Part shown: positions 1 through 11,846 of the stretch, piece after piece
How positions within the stretch are numbered: the stretch's first letter is position 1
Layout of the letters: every line of letters begins with the position of its first letter
NCBI GenBank assembly: GCA_002633005.1
Contig: NMRA01000480.1
Location: 192,172-256,171, forward strand
Source: Phoronis australis
Lineage: Eukaryota; Animalia; Phoronida
Length of the DNA: 64,000 bases
Direction: 5' to 3'
Position numbers and translations under genes: made by a program
The notes under the pieces: model-generated
Told to the model about the DNA's origin: nothing
What the model saw: only the letters and a program-made list of their open reading frames with translations
Databases searched by the model: none

Positions 1-292
1 TCCCGGTACGCAGCAACAGTGTGGCATGTTGACTGACTAGTAAATGAAAGCAAACGACGACGGAACTTAACACAACCGAGGTAGAACAATGACTGAGTCG
101 GCAGCTCTCACAGTCAGACTATATGAAAAGAAATTGGCGCGAAATGCTTGCCTCCTAAAACATCACTTCCGGAGTAGCGGACGAGTAATTAACAAAATTA
201 CGAAAAGCTGTAATTAAGTGGAAAATATGTCTAGGATAACCAACCAACCTTATTTTAGCTCAAAATGACATGAAAAAAGGTTGCCTTCGCCT
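1..292 (-). mobile_element. End of a TTAA-flanked, THAP-bearing DNA transposon (Kolobok-like), running off the window start
   Basis: Minus strand 27->1 reads ATG CCA CAC TGT TGC TGC GTA CCG GGA (MPHCCCVPG, THAP N-terminal pattern). Terminus ...GGTTGCCTTCGCCT|TTAA (293-296) has the same TTAA|AGG architecture as the element at 51880. Confidence 0.4.
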
Positions 293-1155
293 TTAAACCC
301 AAGCTATCCGTATCATTTTGCTTCTCGATGACAAACACCTCTGTGAGTAAATTAGTTTTTATCTTTATTTATAACGCATTTCTTTGGCGAAAAGTGCTGT
401 TGTTTGCTAGTGAATTAATAGAGAGTGACAAGGTTGGTCAGATTTTCTTGTTGTATTGGTTGGTGTGTGTTGCCTGTTTTGTACGTTTTTGGAGATTGTG
501 ATTGATTTAAGCCCCAGTTGTGGCTAGGTATCAGATATGATCTTGTGGTCTGGCTTTAACTTACCTGAAATATTTACTAATAGGAACAGTGGGTATATAA
601 CATAAAATTTTGGTTTTATCATCCAAGTCTCTTTAATTCAATTTTGTATGAAGTTATGTGGGTAGTGAATATTTTGATTGCTGTTTAGTACCTCTTAATT
701 TTTTGTCATGATATTTTGAACTTTGACTAGTTATGAGTGATGATATACTCAATGTTACTTCATTTTGTAAGTTGTGAGCTTTTCTACAGATTAGCAAGTA
801 ACTTGTAACTGTTGGTGAGTGGGAGAGTGGGATTGAGCCCTATACTGGCATGTCTAAGAAATAATGGAATGTTCTAAAATTGTATTACGATTTTGTTGTA
901 GTGATGAATTGCCTTGCTTTCTTCTTCTCACTTGTGTAACACCCACTGCACAAAACAATTGTCTGCATTGCCAGTAGCCTCATGCATTGAATATGGAACA
1001 CATGCAAAATTGTTGGGTGGAGATGAAACCAGCAGTGAGCTGGGAACAACATGTTTGTCAATGGTCAGGGGAGCAACCAAAATGTGTGACGATGGGAGGG
1101 GCTCAACACCCATGTGGCATACATACCCATTGGTTTTTACCTGTTTAGCACTCCT

Positions 1156-1375
1156 NNNNNNNNNNNNNNNNNNNNNNNNNNNNNNNNNNNNNNNNNNNNN
1201 NNNNNNNNNNNNNNNNNNNNNNNNNNNNNNNNNNNNNNNNNNNNNNNNNNNNNNNNNNNNNNNNNNNNNNNNNNNNNNNNNNNNNNNNNNNNNNNNNNNN
1301 NNNNNNNNNNNNNNNNNNNNNNNNNNNNNNNNNNNNNNNNNNNNNNNNNNNNNNNNNNNNNNNNNNNNNNNNNNN
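1156..1375. other. Assembly gap (220 N)
   Basis: Run of n. Confidence 1.
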
Positions 1376-1693
1376 CGACTAAAGCCAACATTAGATTCCG
1401 AAAGCAAATTTCCTACCGATTCCAAAAATGTGGTCCAAAAGTACTGTCAACCAACTAGTTTTTTTGCAAATCTGGCTTGTTTGAGGGCTACCTGAAATCG
1501 CGGCCAATTTCTCAGTTGCTACACAGCAATGCACAACTGCAACAGGGGGCCACCATCTTGAAGAAGAGTGCAGCTACAGCCGAGAAACTGGCCTTTTTTC
1601 ATTCCCAGCATGTTCACAAATACAACAAAAAAACATTCACTTGGCCTACACACAATACCTAATTGAAAAATGCCCCCAAGCCTGGCCTAGCCC
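1376..1693 (+). repeat. Interspersed repeat; inverted diverged copy at 12513-12824
   Basis: e.g. aatgtggtccaaaagtactgtcaaccaactagtttttt here matches the reverse complement of aaaaaactagttggttgacagtacttttggaccacatt at ~12741-12778; colinear over ~310 bp. Confidence 0.85.
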
Positions 1694-1789
1694 TAGATTT
1701 TAACTGACCGCGGCCACAACCTAACTATTCAGTGCCACCTTGCGGCGAATGGTAAAATGGCGGAGTGAACTCTCCTATACTCGTACACT

Positions 1790-2590
1790 CCTTGCTGTGG
1801 TACCTCGAATGTATGTGCTAGCTCCTTTTTGAGCGTCGTTTTTGAGTTTCTGGCGGACTCTTTCCAGAGAACAATTTGTCTGCCACGGGTCATCCTATGT
1901 TCACTGCGGCACAATTATTTTTTAGCAGCCGGTACCTGGCATATCTGATGTAGCTCAAACTTTCAATGGCCTACCGCGCAGTTGAGTTTTTTGGGGATTT
2001 CTGGCGGCCACAATCCAGAGTGTATTTTGTCTGTCATTGGAATTTAGTGACATGTAAAATGATGAATCACATGGAATTGATTCGGTTGTAATATCTCGAA
2101 TGTATGAACTAGCTCGTTTTTGGGTGGTGCTTTTAGTATCTGGCGGACCCTTTCTAGAGTGCGATTTGTCTGTCATGGGTAATTCGGTGTTCATTGCGGT
2201 ACTATTGCTTGTTTTAAATCAGTTGTAGCTGGTATCTCTAATTTCTAACCTAGCTCAAATTTTCAATGGCATGACAGTGGTTGACCTTTTTTGGGCCGGG
2301 GGGAGGGGGCCGGGTTCTAGCGGGCACAACCCAGTGTGTATTTTGTTTGTCATGGGGCATTTGGTGATCAATGACATGTATTGAATCACATGGAATTGGT
2401 GTTGTGTGGTATCTCGAATGTATGAGCTAGCTCATTTTGGGGTCTCCTTTTTGGTTTCTGCCGGACCCATTCCAGAGTGTTAACTTGTCTGTCATGGGTC
2501 ATTCGGTGTTCGGCTGTGCTATTTTCCGTTTTAAATCAGTTTAGGCCGGTACCTCGAATATCTAATCTAACTCAAGTTTTTGGCCCCCTT
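1790..2590. repeat. Diverged tandem repeat, ~300-bp unit x ~2.7, with ~150-bp sub-periodicity
   Basis: ctcgaatgtatg..ctagctc recurs at ~1804, 2096, 2413; ctggcgg..ccagagtg..tttgtctgtcat recurs about every half unit. Confidence 0.75.
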
Positions 2591-2595
2591 GCAAG

Positions 2596-2748
2596 TGTAA
2601 ATTGTTCGTATGTCAGTGCAGTTGTCGCAACGATGTTGTCTGATATGTTCAACCGCTTACTTAAATGTAACTGACCACCATTGTGTCAAGAACCGGAAAC
2701 TGTTTATTGTTGTGCTCCGATGAACAATACAATACGAACATATAAACA
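2596..2748 (-). repeat. 3' LTR of gypsy element 1 (PPT complement tccccctt at 2749-2756)
   Basis: Direct repeat of 6773-6915 with ~3 substitutions and 2 indels. Confidence 0.92.
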
Positions 2749-2841
2749 TCCCCCTTACTTAAAACCTCTTTCAACTAAACCTCTAAAATCCTAATTTGTA
2801 AACAACCCGTACTGTACGAAAAGTCTTTCTACTACCCTAGT

Positions 2842-2873
<32 letters not shown>
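2842..2873. repeat. (AACT)n microsatellite in the 3' UTR of the gypsy element
   Basis: aactaactaact... directly visible. Confidence 0.9.
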
Positions 2874-2879
2874 AGTGAA

Positions 2880-5800
2880 CTAGTGCGTGTCATAGTCTTC
2901 CAGATATTTGGGTGGGTTAACCACTCTTCCCGCCCGCGTTACAATTCGAAACCTTTCTGGACATTCTAGCGACGGTGACGGAGGTTCCGGTGTACTAGTG
3001 TCCCTAGTTGCGTGCATATCCGACGTTACAGTTAACTCAGGAGTAGGAGTTTCGACAGGTTCGTGATACGGACGAAGGTCGTGTCTGTCGCGACGAAGTA
3101 TGTCCTAACCGCACTCAACTGAGTAAGAACTATTGGTCAGCTGCTTATGTACTTTCGCATCTTTCCATTGTGTGCGATGAGAGTTAAAGTCCCTAACTAG
3201 GACTGATGTTCCTTCCTTAATGGGTTCAAGAGGCCTAGTGTTCTTGTTGTAAGACTTAGCTACTTGTTTTCTCCGCTTCTCTTTTTCTACTCTGTTTCTT
3301 AGAGAACGGCCATCTATTTTCAACAACGACGGCAACGGTGTTCTCGTGGATCTGCCCAACAACCGCTCTATGGGGCTCGTTGACAAGGTAGCTGTAGGAG
3401 TATTACGGTATTCTAGTAAGGCTAACTGAGGATCACTAGACCTCTTCAGTAATCTTTTCGCAATTTTGACCGCCGATTCTGCTTTTCCATTAGAGCGGTG
3501 GTGGTGCGGTGACGACGAAGTGTGATGAAAGCTCCACGCTTTGCTGAACTCAGCAAACTCTCTGGACGTGAACTGGGCTGCATTGTCGCTTTGCAGGAAA
3601 TGTGCAACTCCTAAACGCGCAAATACACGTTTCAACGTGTTCACCGTGGTACTCGCAGTAGTATCTTCCAGCTTTTCCAACTCTAGATAATCTGAATGAT
3701 AGTCCACTATCACCAAGTAATCAACACCCGCATATGACATAAGATCGACCCCAACTTTAATCCATGGCTGATCCGGGATCGAGTGTTGGAGTAGCTCATC
3801 TGCGGAGTTGCGTGGAGCATCTCTTTGACACGAGTTACATTGTTCGATGATGCGATTATGTCTTTAGTTATACCGGGCCAAAAGATTGTTCGTCGAGCTC
3901 GTCACGTCGCAGTGTTGAAGCTAGCCCCTGATGGCTGGCGTGTAGCAGACTCAACATGTGATTTCGCAAAGATTTCAGAATCACAATCTGATTCCCCTTG
4001 ATCACCAAACCGTGATCTATAGCTAGTTCGTTCCGAACTGACCGGAATGGTGCCAAGTCATCAGTGCACTGCCGCCAATCCGTGGCGATGCTTTGGCATA
4101 AGTTTTGAAGTTCTTCGTCGTCCTTTGTATGTTTGCGCACCAACTCTAGCATCGGATTTACAAGTGGCGGATCAGCGGTGATCGTGGCTTTTTCAATGAA
4201 GGAAAAAACATGGTCGTAATCCATGTCTATCGCCGTTTCGGGAAGGGGATTTCTCGACAACATGTCGGCCGTTATTTGTTCTGCCCCTGGTCGCCATTCG
4301 ATTGTGAATGTATATCTTTGAAGAGTCAGGATCATAGCTTGCAAGCGTCTCGGTGCCAGTAACAATGATCTGTTGAGTATGGACACCAACGGCTGATGAT
4401 CTGTTTGAATTGTGAGGTCCGCGTGGCCAAACAGAAACTGGTCAAACTTTCTTGTTGCAAAAACAATTGCTAGACACTCGAGCTCAATCGGGGCATATCT
4501 TTTTTCTGCGTCAGTTAGCGAACGAGATGCATAAGCTATGGGTCGGCCTTCTTGTATAAGAACTGCCCCCATTCCAGCTGTTTGAATGACTGTTGGTTTC
4601 CGACTGTCATAATACTCCAGCACCTTGTCGATACTAATTTCGTTTACCAACTTTTCATACGCTTGTTGCTGGTCAGTTCCCCCACACAAAACTAGCTTTC
4701 GGAGCTTGTAGAAGAGGACGGAGTGGTTCGCACTCAGCCGATAAGTTGGGAATGAACTTAGACATGTAACTAACATGTCCCAGGAATTGGCGTACTTGGT
4801 CTACATCTTTGGGTTGGGGTATTTCACGAATGGCCTTGACCTTCTCCGGATCCGGCTTGACGCCCTTTGCGGTCAGTACATGCCCAATATAGGGGAGTTC
4901 TTCCTTTAAGAAGACACATTTCCTTCTGTTAAGTTTAAGACCAGACTCTCGAGCGCGCAGTAGCAGTAGCTTTAAATTTTGATCATGGTCCGCACGGTCA
5001 CAATCATAAATGAGTATGTCGTCTGCAACGACCGTTACCCCCTTTAAGCCATTTAGAACCTGGGTAAGTCGCCTCTGAAATTCTTCTGGGGACGTCGAAA
5101 GACCGAAAGGCATTCGCAGCCACTTGTACCGCCCTCCTGGTCCCCAGAATGTGGTGAGCTCCGCTGACGTGTCACTAAGGCGTACTTGCAGAAATCCGTC
5201 GCCAGCATCACATAGAGAACAATGTTTCGCTCCTGCGAGTTCAAGCAAAACATCTTCGATACAGGGCATAGTGTAATGGTTGCGTTTTACAGCTGAATTC
5301 AGATTTTTGGGGTCTAGGCACAAACGCATCTGACCGTTCGCTTTTCGGACCGGTTGGGTGTGACTGATCCATTCGGTAGGATGGTTTACCTTAGCTATAA
5401 TGCCGCGCTCCTCCAACTCGTCGAGTTTCTTTTGCACGTCGGCTTTCATAGACAAAGGAATTTTGCGAGGTGTAACCTGGACCGGTCGTACCTGCTCATC
5501 TAACTCTATGTGGTATTCCCCAGGAAGCGTCCCGAGGCCGGTAAACACGTCTGAGAATTCCTCCAGAAGGGTATCCAAATCTTCCTGAACTAGACTGACG
5601 CTTTCGCTTACTGTGATGAGACCATAGTCGACACACAATTTGCCCGATAGCAAACTGGGGTGTTTGGTATCTACCACCAAACACTGAAACTCTCGGTCAC
5701 TCCCATTAACTGTAGTGCCCAGCTTGCAGGCCCCCACCGGTTTTAGTTTCGTGTTATTGTACACTTCAACGGTATGCGAAGTTGATATCAACGCTGGGCT

Positions 5801-5929
5801 TCCCAATGTTTTATAGTCGGCAAAGGCTAGAGTGTTAGTAGTTGCTCCCAAATCCAATTGGAATTTTAAGCTCGTTTTGCCCTCTCGGCACTGTATGGGC
5901 AAGTGCGCAAACCCGATTTGCGACCACAA
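2880..5929 (-). pseudogene. pol: pol of gypsy element 1 (protease, RT, RNase H, integrase), frameshifted
   Basis: PR FQLDLGATTN; RT LCLDPKNLN, RMPFGL, VADDIL; RH RYAPIELECLAIVFA, TDHQPL, ADMLSR; INT DYHSDY, QSDNAAQF, SNGKAESAVK; C-terminus TRAGRVVNPPKYLEDY with stop at 2880-2882. Split over several ORFs. Confidence 0.92.
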
Positions 5930-6754
5930 CGGTATTGTGAAACGTTAATCAGGTAGGCTTCCTCATCGGAGGACGCAGAAAAATTTTCTGTGTCTGACTG
6001 GAGAAAATGATTCGTCTGATCATTACTTTGTTTTGCGCTACGGCAACAGGCGGCGTAGTGGTTACGGCGGTTACAGTTGTGGCACGTTTTACCGTATGCC
6101 ACACACTTGTGGCTGCTAAGTTGATGATCCTTTCTTAGGTTTTGCATAGGTTTTAAACGCTTTCTTAGGTTTTGCATAGGTTTTAATCGCATTTACCGCT
6201 TCACCCTTGCGGACACTTTTCAGGTCTAAAGCCGCGGCTTCATCTGCGCGATATTCTTAACGCCTGATCCAATGTAATGGCTAACTCTTCAAAACGTTTT
6301 CTTCTCGTTCGTTCATTGTCAATACCTAATAACAATGCTTGTAGTATCATGGGGTCGTACGTCTCAGAGAGGAACGCGCAGTCACGCGCTATCGCGTGCA
6401 GTTTAGTTACGTAGTCGCCTATAGACCTACTGCTTTCACGTTAAGTGAGTAATTTATGTGTCTGGGTCACAACGTTTATCCGCGGTTTACAAAACCCTGA
6501 AAGCTTTTCCAGTACCTTTGCTAGGTCTTCTTTGTCTGTTTCTGCTTCCCATTTGAAAGAGTCAAATATATCATTCCCATGCATATTCACCTATTGTTCT
6601 CAGAAGCAGAGCCACTTTGACTATGTCCGCTGCCTTGTCTCGGTTTGTGGCTGTCACGAAAATTTCGAAATTTCTCCGAAATCTTTTCCATTGTTCCGGC
6701 AGGTTTCCACCCTGTTTCAAGGGTTCGGGCGCTAAAAACTTTGTTATCCGACAT
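5930..6754 (-). pseudogene. gag: gag of gypsy element 1, disrupted
   Basis: ATG next to the PBS; PEPLKQGGNLPEQWKRFRRNFEIF (Mag-type gag start); zinc knuckle CVAYGKTCHNCNRRNHYAACC; internal 30-bp tandem duplication at ~6131-6190. Confidence 0.8.
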
Positions 6755-6755
6755 T

Positions 6756-6772
6756 CCTCACCTGGGGCACCA
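6756..6772 (-). promoter_or_regulatory. Primer-binding site TGGTGCCCCAGGTGAGG
   Basis: Abuts the 5' LTR; resembles the complement of an elongator tRNA-Met 3' end (tRNA-Ile-UAU is similar). Confidence 0.75.
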
Positions 6773-6915
6773 TGTAAATTGTTCGTGTGTCAGTGCAGTA
6801 GTCGCAACGATGTTGTCTGATATGTTCAACCGCTTACTTAAATGTTGTGTCAAGAACCGGAAACTGTTTATTGTTGTGCTCCAATGAACAATACAATACG
6901 AACATATAGTAAACA
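6773..6915 (-). repeat. 5' LTR of gypsy element 1
   Basis: Direct repeat of 2596-2748; followed by TSD GCAAG. Confidence 0.92.
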
Positions 6916-7515
6916 GCAAGGTCCCAACGAGTCAAATCCAGAATGCAGAGAACGGCAGACGTCCATTTCTGTATAGCCTTTACTGAGGTGGACTCTAAAA
7001 GCACCTGGTCAGACGTTGGTACCTCGATCACTTCCATGCCAAGTGCTCTGAGCTGCCGATCCAAAAGTCGCCTGCAATTCGGGAGAAGATTTTCATTCCA
7101 ATTGAAGTAACGCTGACTGTTAAAATCACTGCCAATAACTGCGTGTAACGTTGACTGTTACCTGTGGCTCTAGATCAGTGTCAATAACTGCATGTAACCA
7201 GAGACCGTAGAGAGGTAGTCTCCTACACAGACCCACGAGACACTTCACTGACAATTTTGAATTTGACAAACTAAGATCCTCGGCCAAAGTAAATGCCTTG
7301 CGTACTTCATCGGCCCACACACACCCGCTAGGTGTCGCTACTGTGCACTACACAATAATGGCGGCGGCCTTGGTGAATAGTCTTGTTAGCGTCTTTGATG
7401 TGACGTTGACTGTTAACTGTGGCTCTAGATCAGTGTCAATAACTGAATGTAACGTTGGGTGGCACTGAATAGTTAGGCTGCCGCCGCGGCCAATTTGCAC
7501 TGCCAAAATATGATA

Positions 7516-7800
7516 TTTCACTCGTTAAATAAATTTATGTAAGCATATGGACTCGTCTTACTCCTTTTCCCCCTAATCTCGGTCTATTCCATTATTCCTT
7601 TGTGTAGGACTACACGTCGTTTTCCCAGCCTTCGCAGTGGTCTGCTGTAATCACGTGCCTCGAGTTTGGTCAGCTCTTGGCTCTTATAGGCTGACGATTG
7701 TCACGTGTCTTTAGGGGCGTTTTTCTTTGTTATTGTAACCTCTCTTTCATTTCACCTTGTTCCGGCCACATTGTCGTACGTCAAAACTCATTCAATTTTT
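7516..7800 (+). repeat. Interspersed repeat; direct high-identity copy at 11977-12260
   Basis: tttcactcgttaaat...cgtacgtcaaaactcattcaatttt is colinear in both copies. Confidence 0.9.
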
Positions 7801-8879
7801 TGTGATCCACAGTACGTGGCCTCGTCTTAATTCAATGCTGTTACTTAGGAGTGGATTCTGCACACAAAATTGTATTGGCAAACATCTGAAGATTACTAAA
7901 AAGTGCTTTGGCAGCCCGCTTAAGCCAATGCAAGCACACGCGGCTGGCTGGCGTTCAGTTCACTTTTGTTTTGGTTATGTGAGTGTACAAGTTAACTGAG
8001 AGTTGTGACCCCCAATGACCCAGCTAGCACTGTCGTACTGTAGACTGTGGAATTCCAGAAATTCCAAATACTGTTATTGTAAACTTGACTTTGCTCTGCA
8101 GATTACTGAGTTCAGTCTCAGGGTACTAGCGCCCAAGCTTCCTGACCTTTAACCTAACTATGCGTTGTTATGATTGGTTAGGGACTTGGCGCTAAGCGTC
8201 ACCTAGCGGATCAAGAGCGTTACAAATTTCTGGCGTTGTACTCAGGCGTGCCATCCACCTGTTTGATCAACCATAGCCCTGCGCCAAAATGACGAGTTGA
8301 TTGTTAACCAGTCTCATATTTGTCTGCATGGACTGGATTCTACATCGTCTGCTACGCCGTCGCCGGCCAACGCCATTCCACTATCACTGATAGCAAGACG
8401 ATATCAACGGAAGTTTCGTTACACAAATTGGTTTCTTACGTGTACATAGTTCACATATTTTTTGTTCTATGGTTTTCACTTCGTGTATAATTGAATTTTC
8501 ACACTGTTTTTAGTTCTCAAGTGCGACAGCGATCACACTATGCCGGACAGTTCATTGCCAATTTGTCTTGCGAAGTGTCCTTTACCCAGACACTTCCACT
8601 ACATGATGTTCGGGTTAAGGTCTTGTTTATAACGAGCAAACTTCAACCACTTGCATCTAATTTTAAAATTTTCCTTGGGGGAGGTCTCAACACCCCCCCT
8701 CCTGATGGGAGGATCTCACATCCCATGCTCGCATGTGGCGCCGGGTTCCACATCCGCGTCGAGCATTCACCACCACCTTCTTTTGAGACCCAAACAATAG
8801 GGGCCCCCACCTCTCATGTTCGCGTGCGGCAACGGGCTTTGCACCCCGTTTTGGCCATTTACCACCACGCTCCTTCTCC

Positions 8880-9095
8880 CGCCCCCTTTGTGCCCTCTTG
8901 TCTGAGGCGCTTCGGCACTGTGTGCCTGACTACCCCTTTGTGCCCTCTTGTCTGAGGCGCTTCGGCACTGTGTGCCTGACTGGCCCCTTTGTGCCCTCTT
9001 GTCTGAGGTGCTTCGGCACTGTGTGCCTGACTAGCACCTTTGTGCCCTCTTGTATAAGGCGCTTCGGCACTGTGTGCCTGACTAGCCCTGTGTGC
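8880..9095. repeat. Minisatellite, ~51-bp unit x4
   Basis: cctttgtgccctcttgtctgaggcgcttcggcactgtgtgcctgact repeated. Confidence 0.92.
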
Positions 9096-10228
9096 TTAAG
9101 TTCTCCCCCCACCCTTCCTCGCCTTCCCACATTGTGCCCCCACCCCGTTTTGTGCCCTCTTTGTCAGAGGCACTTTTTTGCGCCGCGTGCCTACCGTTCT
9201 TTGCTCCCTCCTCCCCTGTTTCCTCGTATATATCATGTCACTCCACCTTTTGTGCCCTTTGTCGGAGGCACCTTATCTCTCCACCACTCTTCATGTAATC
9301 GTTCATTTTCGTATTCGTTTTTCATTTTGTTTAATCTGTGATTATGACCTGCGTCCCCTTTTTCTTTACCTTATTCCCCCTTTCGAGGTTTCTCCCCTCG
9401 TTCTCCCACCCCTATCCACGGGGTCCTTCGGCCCTTTTGCCTGTGGCCCGCCGTGCCAATACGATTCGGTCCTTCTGCTCCCTGTTCTTTCTCTTTCAGC
9501 TGCCTCGCCGATGATCTCGCTCCACTAACTCGCCGTACGCTCGCCCGTCACCGGCTTCCCAGGCGACCCCAGCCCACGCCTCCGGTACTCAGCCATTTCC
9601 CGCCATATCCACAATCGTGGCTTCTGTCCTCACGCAACTACGTGCGGACCCATCACTCTTGCTGCCATCCACTCCTGTGCCATCGCCATGTGCGACAACT
9701 CCGCAGTGATCGAGATTATCAACAACTCTTCATTGGTCCACAGGGACATTATGCGTCTTGTTCGCCGTCTCGTAGTCTCCTGTCTTTGCTTCAACATCTT
9801 TGTTCGTGCATGACATGTCCCTGGTACCTTCCCCAGGCCCCCATTGTCTCCCTTCGGTGTCAGCATTGCCTGCACCTCCCTGGCTGGTGTCAGTATAGCC
9901 TGCACCTTCCCCATCCACTCCGTCCCCTTTGTTCCGTTTATCGTTAGTCTTCCTTGTAGTCTATTTTGTATTTTCATTTTTCTTCAGTCACCTTACCAGT
10001 CCTTATTTACTCCCTGTTAGACATTTTGTTAGGCCTCGGGCTATATTTTGTGTTCATTTATTCTTAACTTGTTTCTCTACCTTTATAATCAGACTATTGT
10101 TAGCTTTATTTCTCTTGTGTTAGCTATTTTGTTATTCTGTTAGCCAATTTTTTTCTATTGTCACATTATCTTTGATTTCTTTGTTTCTCTCTTATGTTAG
10201 CTATTTTGTTATTCTCTGTTGGTCATTT

Positions 10229-11647
10229 TTTACTCTGCGCAGAGTACTGTTGTTCCTGGGTTTTCTTCAATTTTATTACTCTGCGCGTGTAAGCGCAGAG
10301 TACTCTTGTTCCTGGGTTTTCTTCAATTTTATTACTCTGCGCGTGTAAGCGCAGAGTTCTGTTGTTCCTGGGTTTTCTTCAATTTTATTCTTATTACTCT
10401 GCGCGTGTAAGCGCAGAGTACTGTTGTTCCTGGGTTTTCTTCAATTTTATTCTTATTCTTATTCTTATTCTTATTCTTCTTCCGACCAACTTTGAGGCTT
10501 AATAACTCCAAATTGGGTGCAGGTACGGTCTTTAAATTCAGCATATGACTTTGAACAGTATATAAATTTTGATTGGTTATATAATCATATTCCATATTGC
10601 ATCGGAAGAGGTCGTTTGGTGCAAAAGTTATAGAATATTCAAAATGCTACTCCTCCTTCAGTTTTAAAGCTATCTTTTTCAAATTCGGTGCACACGTATA
10701 AGTCAACATTACAATTTAAAAAATTACTTTTCTAAGTAATCGGGTCATCCAATCAGGTGAAACAGGTCAAAGGTCATTAGGTGCAAACTAAAAATTTGAG
10801 CTAGACACTTCAAATTGACAGATCTGATTGCCACAGGTAAATCAAATCGTAACCCAAAGTTTCAGGTCATTTAGTGCAAACATGGGGTCATTAGGTGCAT
10901 TTTTCTTCTTAAAATTTGACCTTTTCAATCAGCAAGTATTCTGATGTTTCAACCGTTAGACAACTGTGATTCTCAGCGTTAAACACATTTTCCATGGGCT
11001 TTGCAAAAATTCTCCTAAAGATGCTTAAAATGCACCGGATAAGGTCAATTAGTGCAAAGGTCATGTAACGTTCAAAATGTGATATGTCTTACGTTATTCA
11101 TGGGATTCTTTTCAATTTCAGCACACTGGTGTAAGTCAACATGCCAATTGAATACCCTACTTTACTTTGCAATAGGCCTAACCAATCAGAAAAAATAGGT
11201 CAATGGTCATGGAGTGCAAACTAAAATTTTGAGCTAGAGACTTCAGAATTACGTATCTGTTTACTAAGTGCGACTGAGTTTGAATTCTAAATTTTCAAGT
11301 CATTTGGTGCACCCATGGGGTCATTAGGTGAATTTTTCTTCTGAAAGTTTGACCAATTCATTCATCTTGTATTCTGACGTGCTTAAAGTAAAACATCTGT
11401 GATTATTAGCATTAACCACACTCTTAATCGAGTTAACAATTACTCCCTCATCGGGGCTCATAATGCACCGGAAGAGGTCAATTAGTGGAAAGGTCATCAA
11501 AAAATTAATATGTAATTTCTCCTACAATTTTAAAGAATTCCTTTTCATATTGGTAAACGGGTTGCTGTCAGTAACTTCCCATAATAATTCCAGCAATACG
11601 CACGCGCAGAGTCCGTTATTGTCACGCCGTGACAATAATCTTTCTAG
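10229..11647 (+). mobile_element. Non-autonomous Helentron-type element (HINE/DINE-1-like architecture)
   Basis: 5' palindromic subTIR ACTCTGCGCGTGtaaGCGCAGAGT (tandem x4, ~56 bp); (ATTCTT)n at ~10449-10478; ~433-bp core repeats (10603, 11036, 11468); 3' subTIR CACGCGCAGAGT 11601-11612; hairpin TTATTGTCACG-C-CGTGACAATAA 11616-11638; CTAG then TTTT. Confidence 0.8.
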
Positions 11648-11846
11648 TTTTCTATTGTCCTTATATTGCTAGCTTACCTGTTAGTTTGTTGCATTTAAGT
11701 TCGTTATTTCTCCCATTTTTATCTACTTTTCTTCCCGCCACGACACGGGGTGAGACAACACCGGCACCGGTTTGGCACCCGGAGTTAGGGTTGGGTATCC
11801 GGCTGACAGCGTTTGTAAGTAGTCCTGCACTTTTCTTTTCTTTTTT

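Larger units (their letters stand above)
2596..6915 (-). mobile_element. Full-length defective Ty3/gypsy LTR retrotransposon (Mag-like)
   Basis: TG..CA LTRs 2596-2748 and 6773-6915; 5-bp TSD GCAAG (2591-2595, 6916-6920); PBS and PPT present; gag-PR-RT-RH-INT order. Confidence 0.95.

Noticed and set aside
914-1495. ORFs spanning the N run (also 20917-22044 and 21043-21564 as whole ORFs)
   Set aside because: Length is an artefact of assembly gaps; only the GIY-YIG part of 20917-22044 is meaningful.
8491-9341. Cys/Pro-rich ORFs
   Set aside because: Derived from a 51-bp minisatellite and low-complexity C/T-rich DNA.
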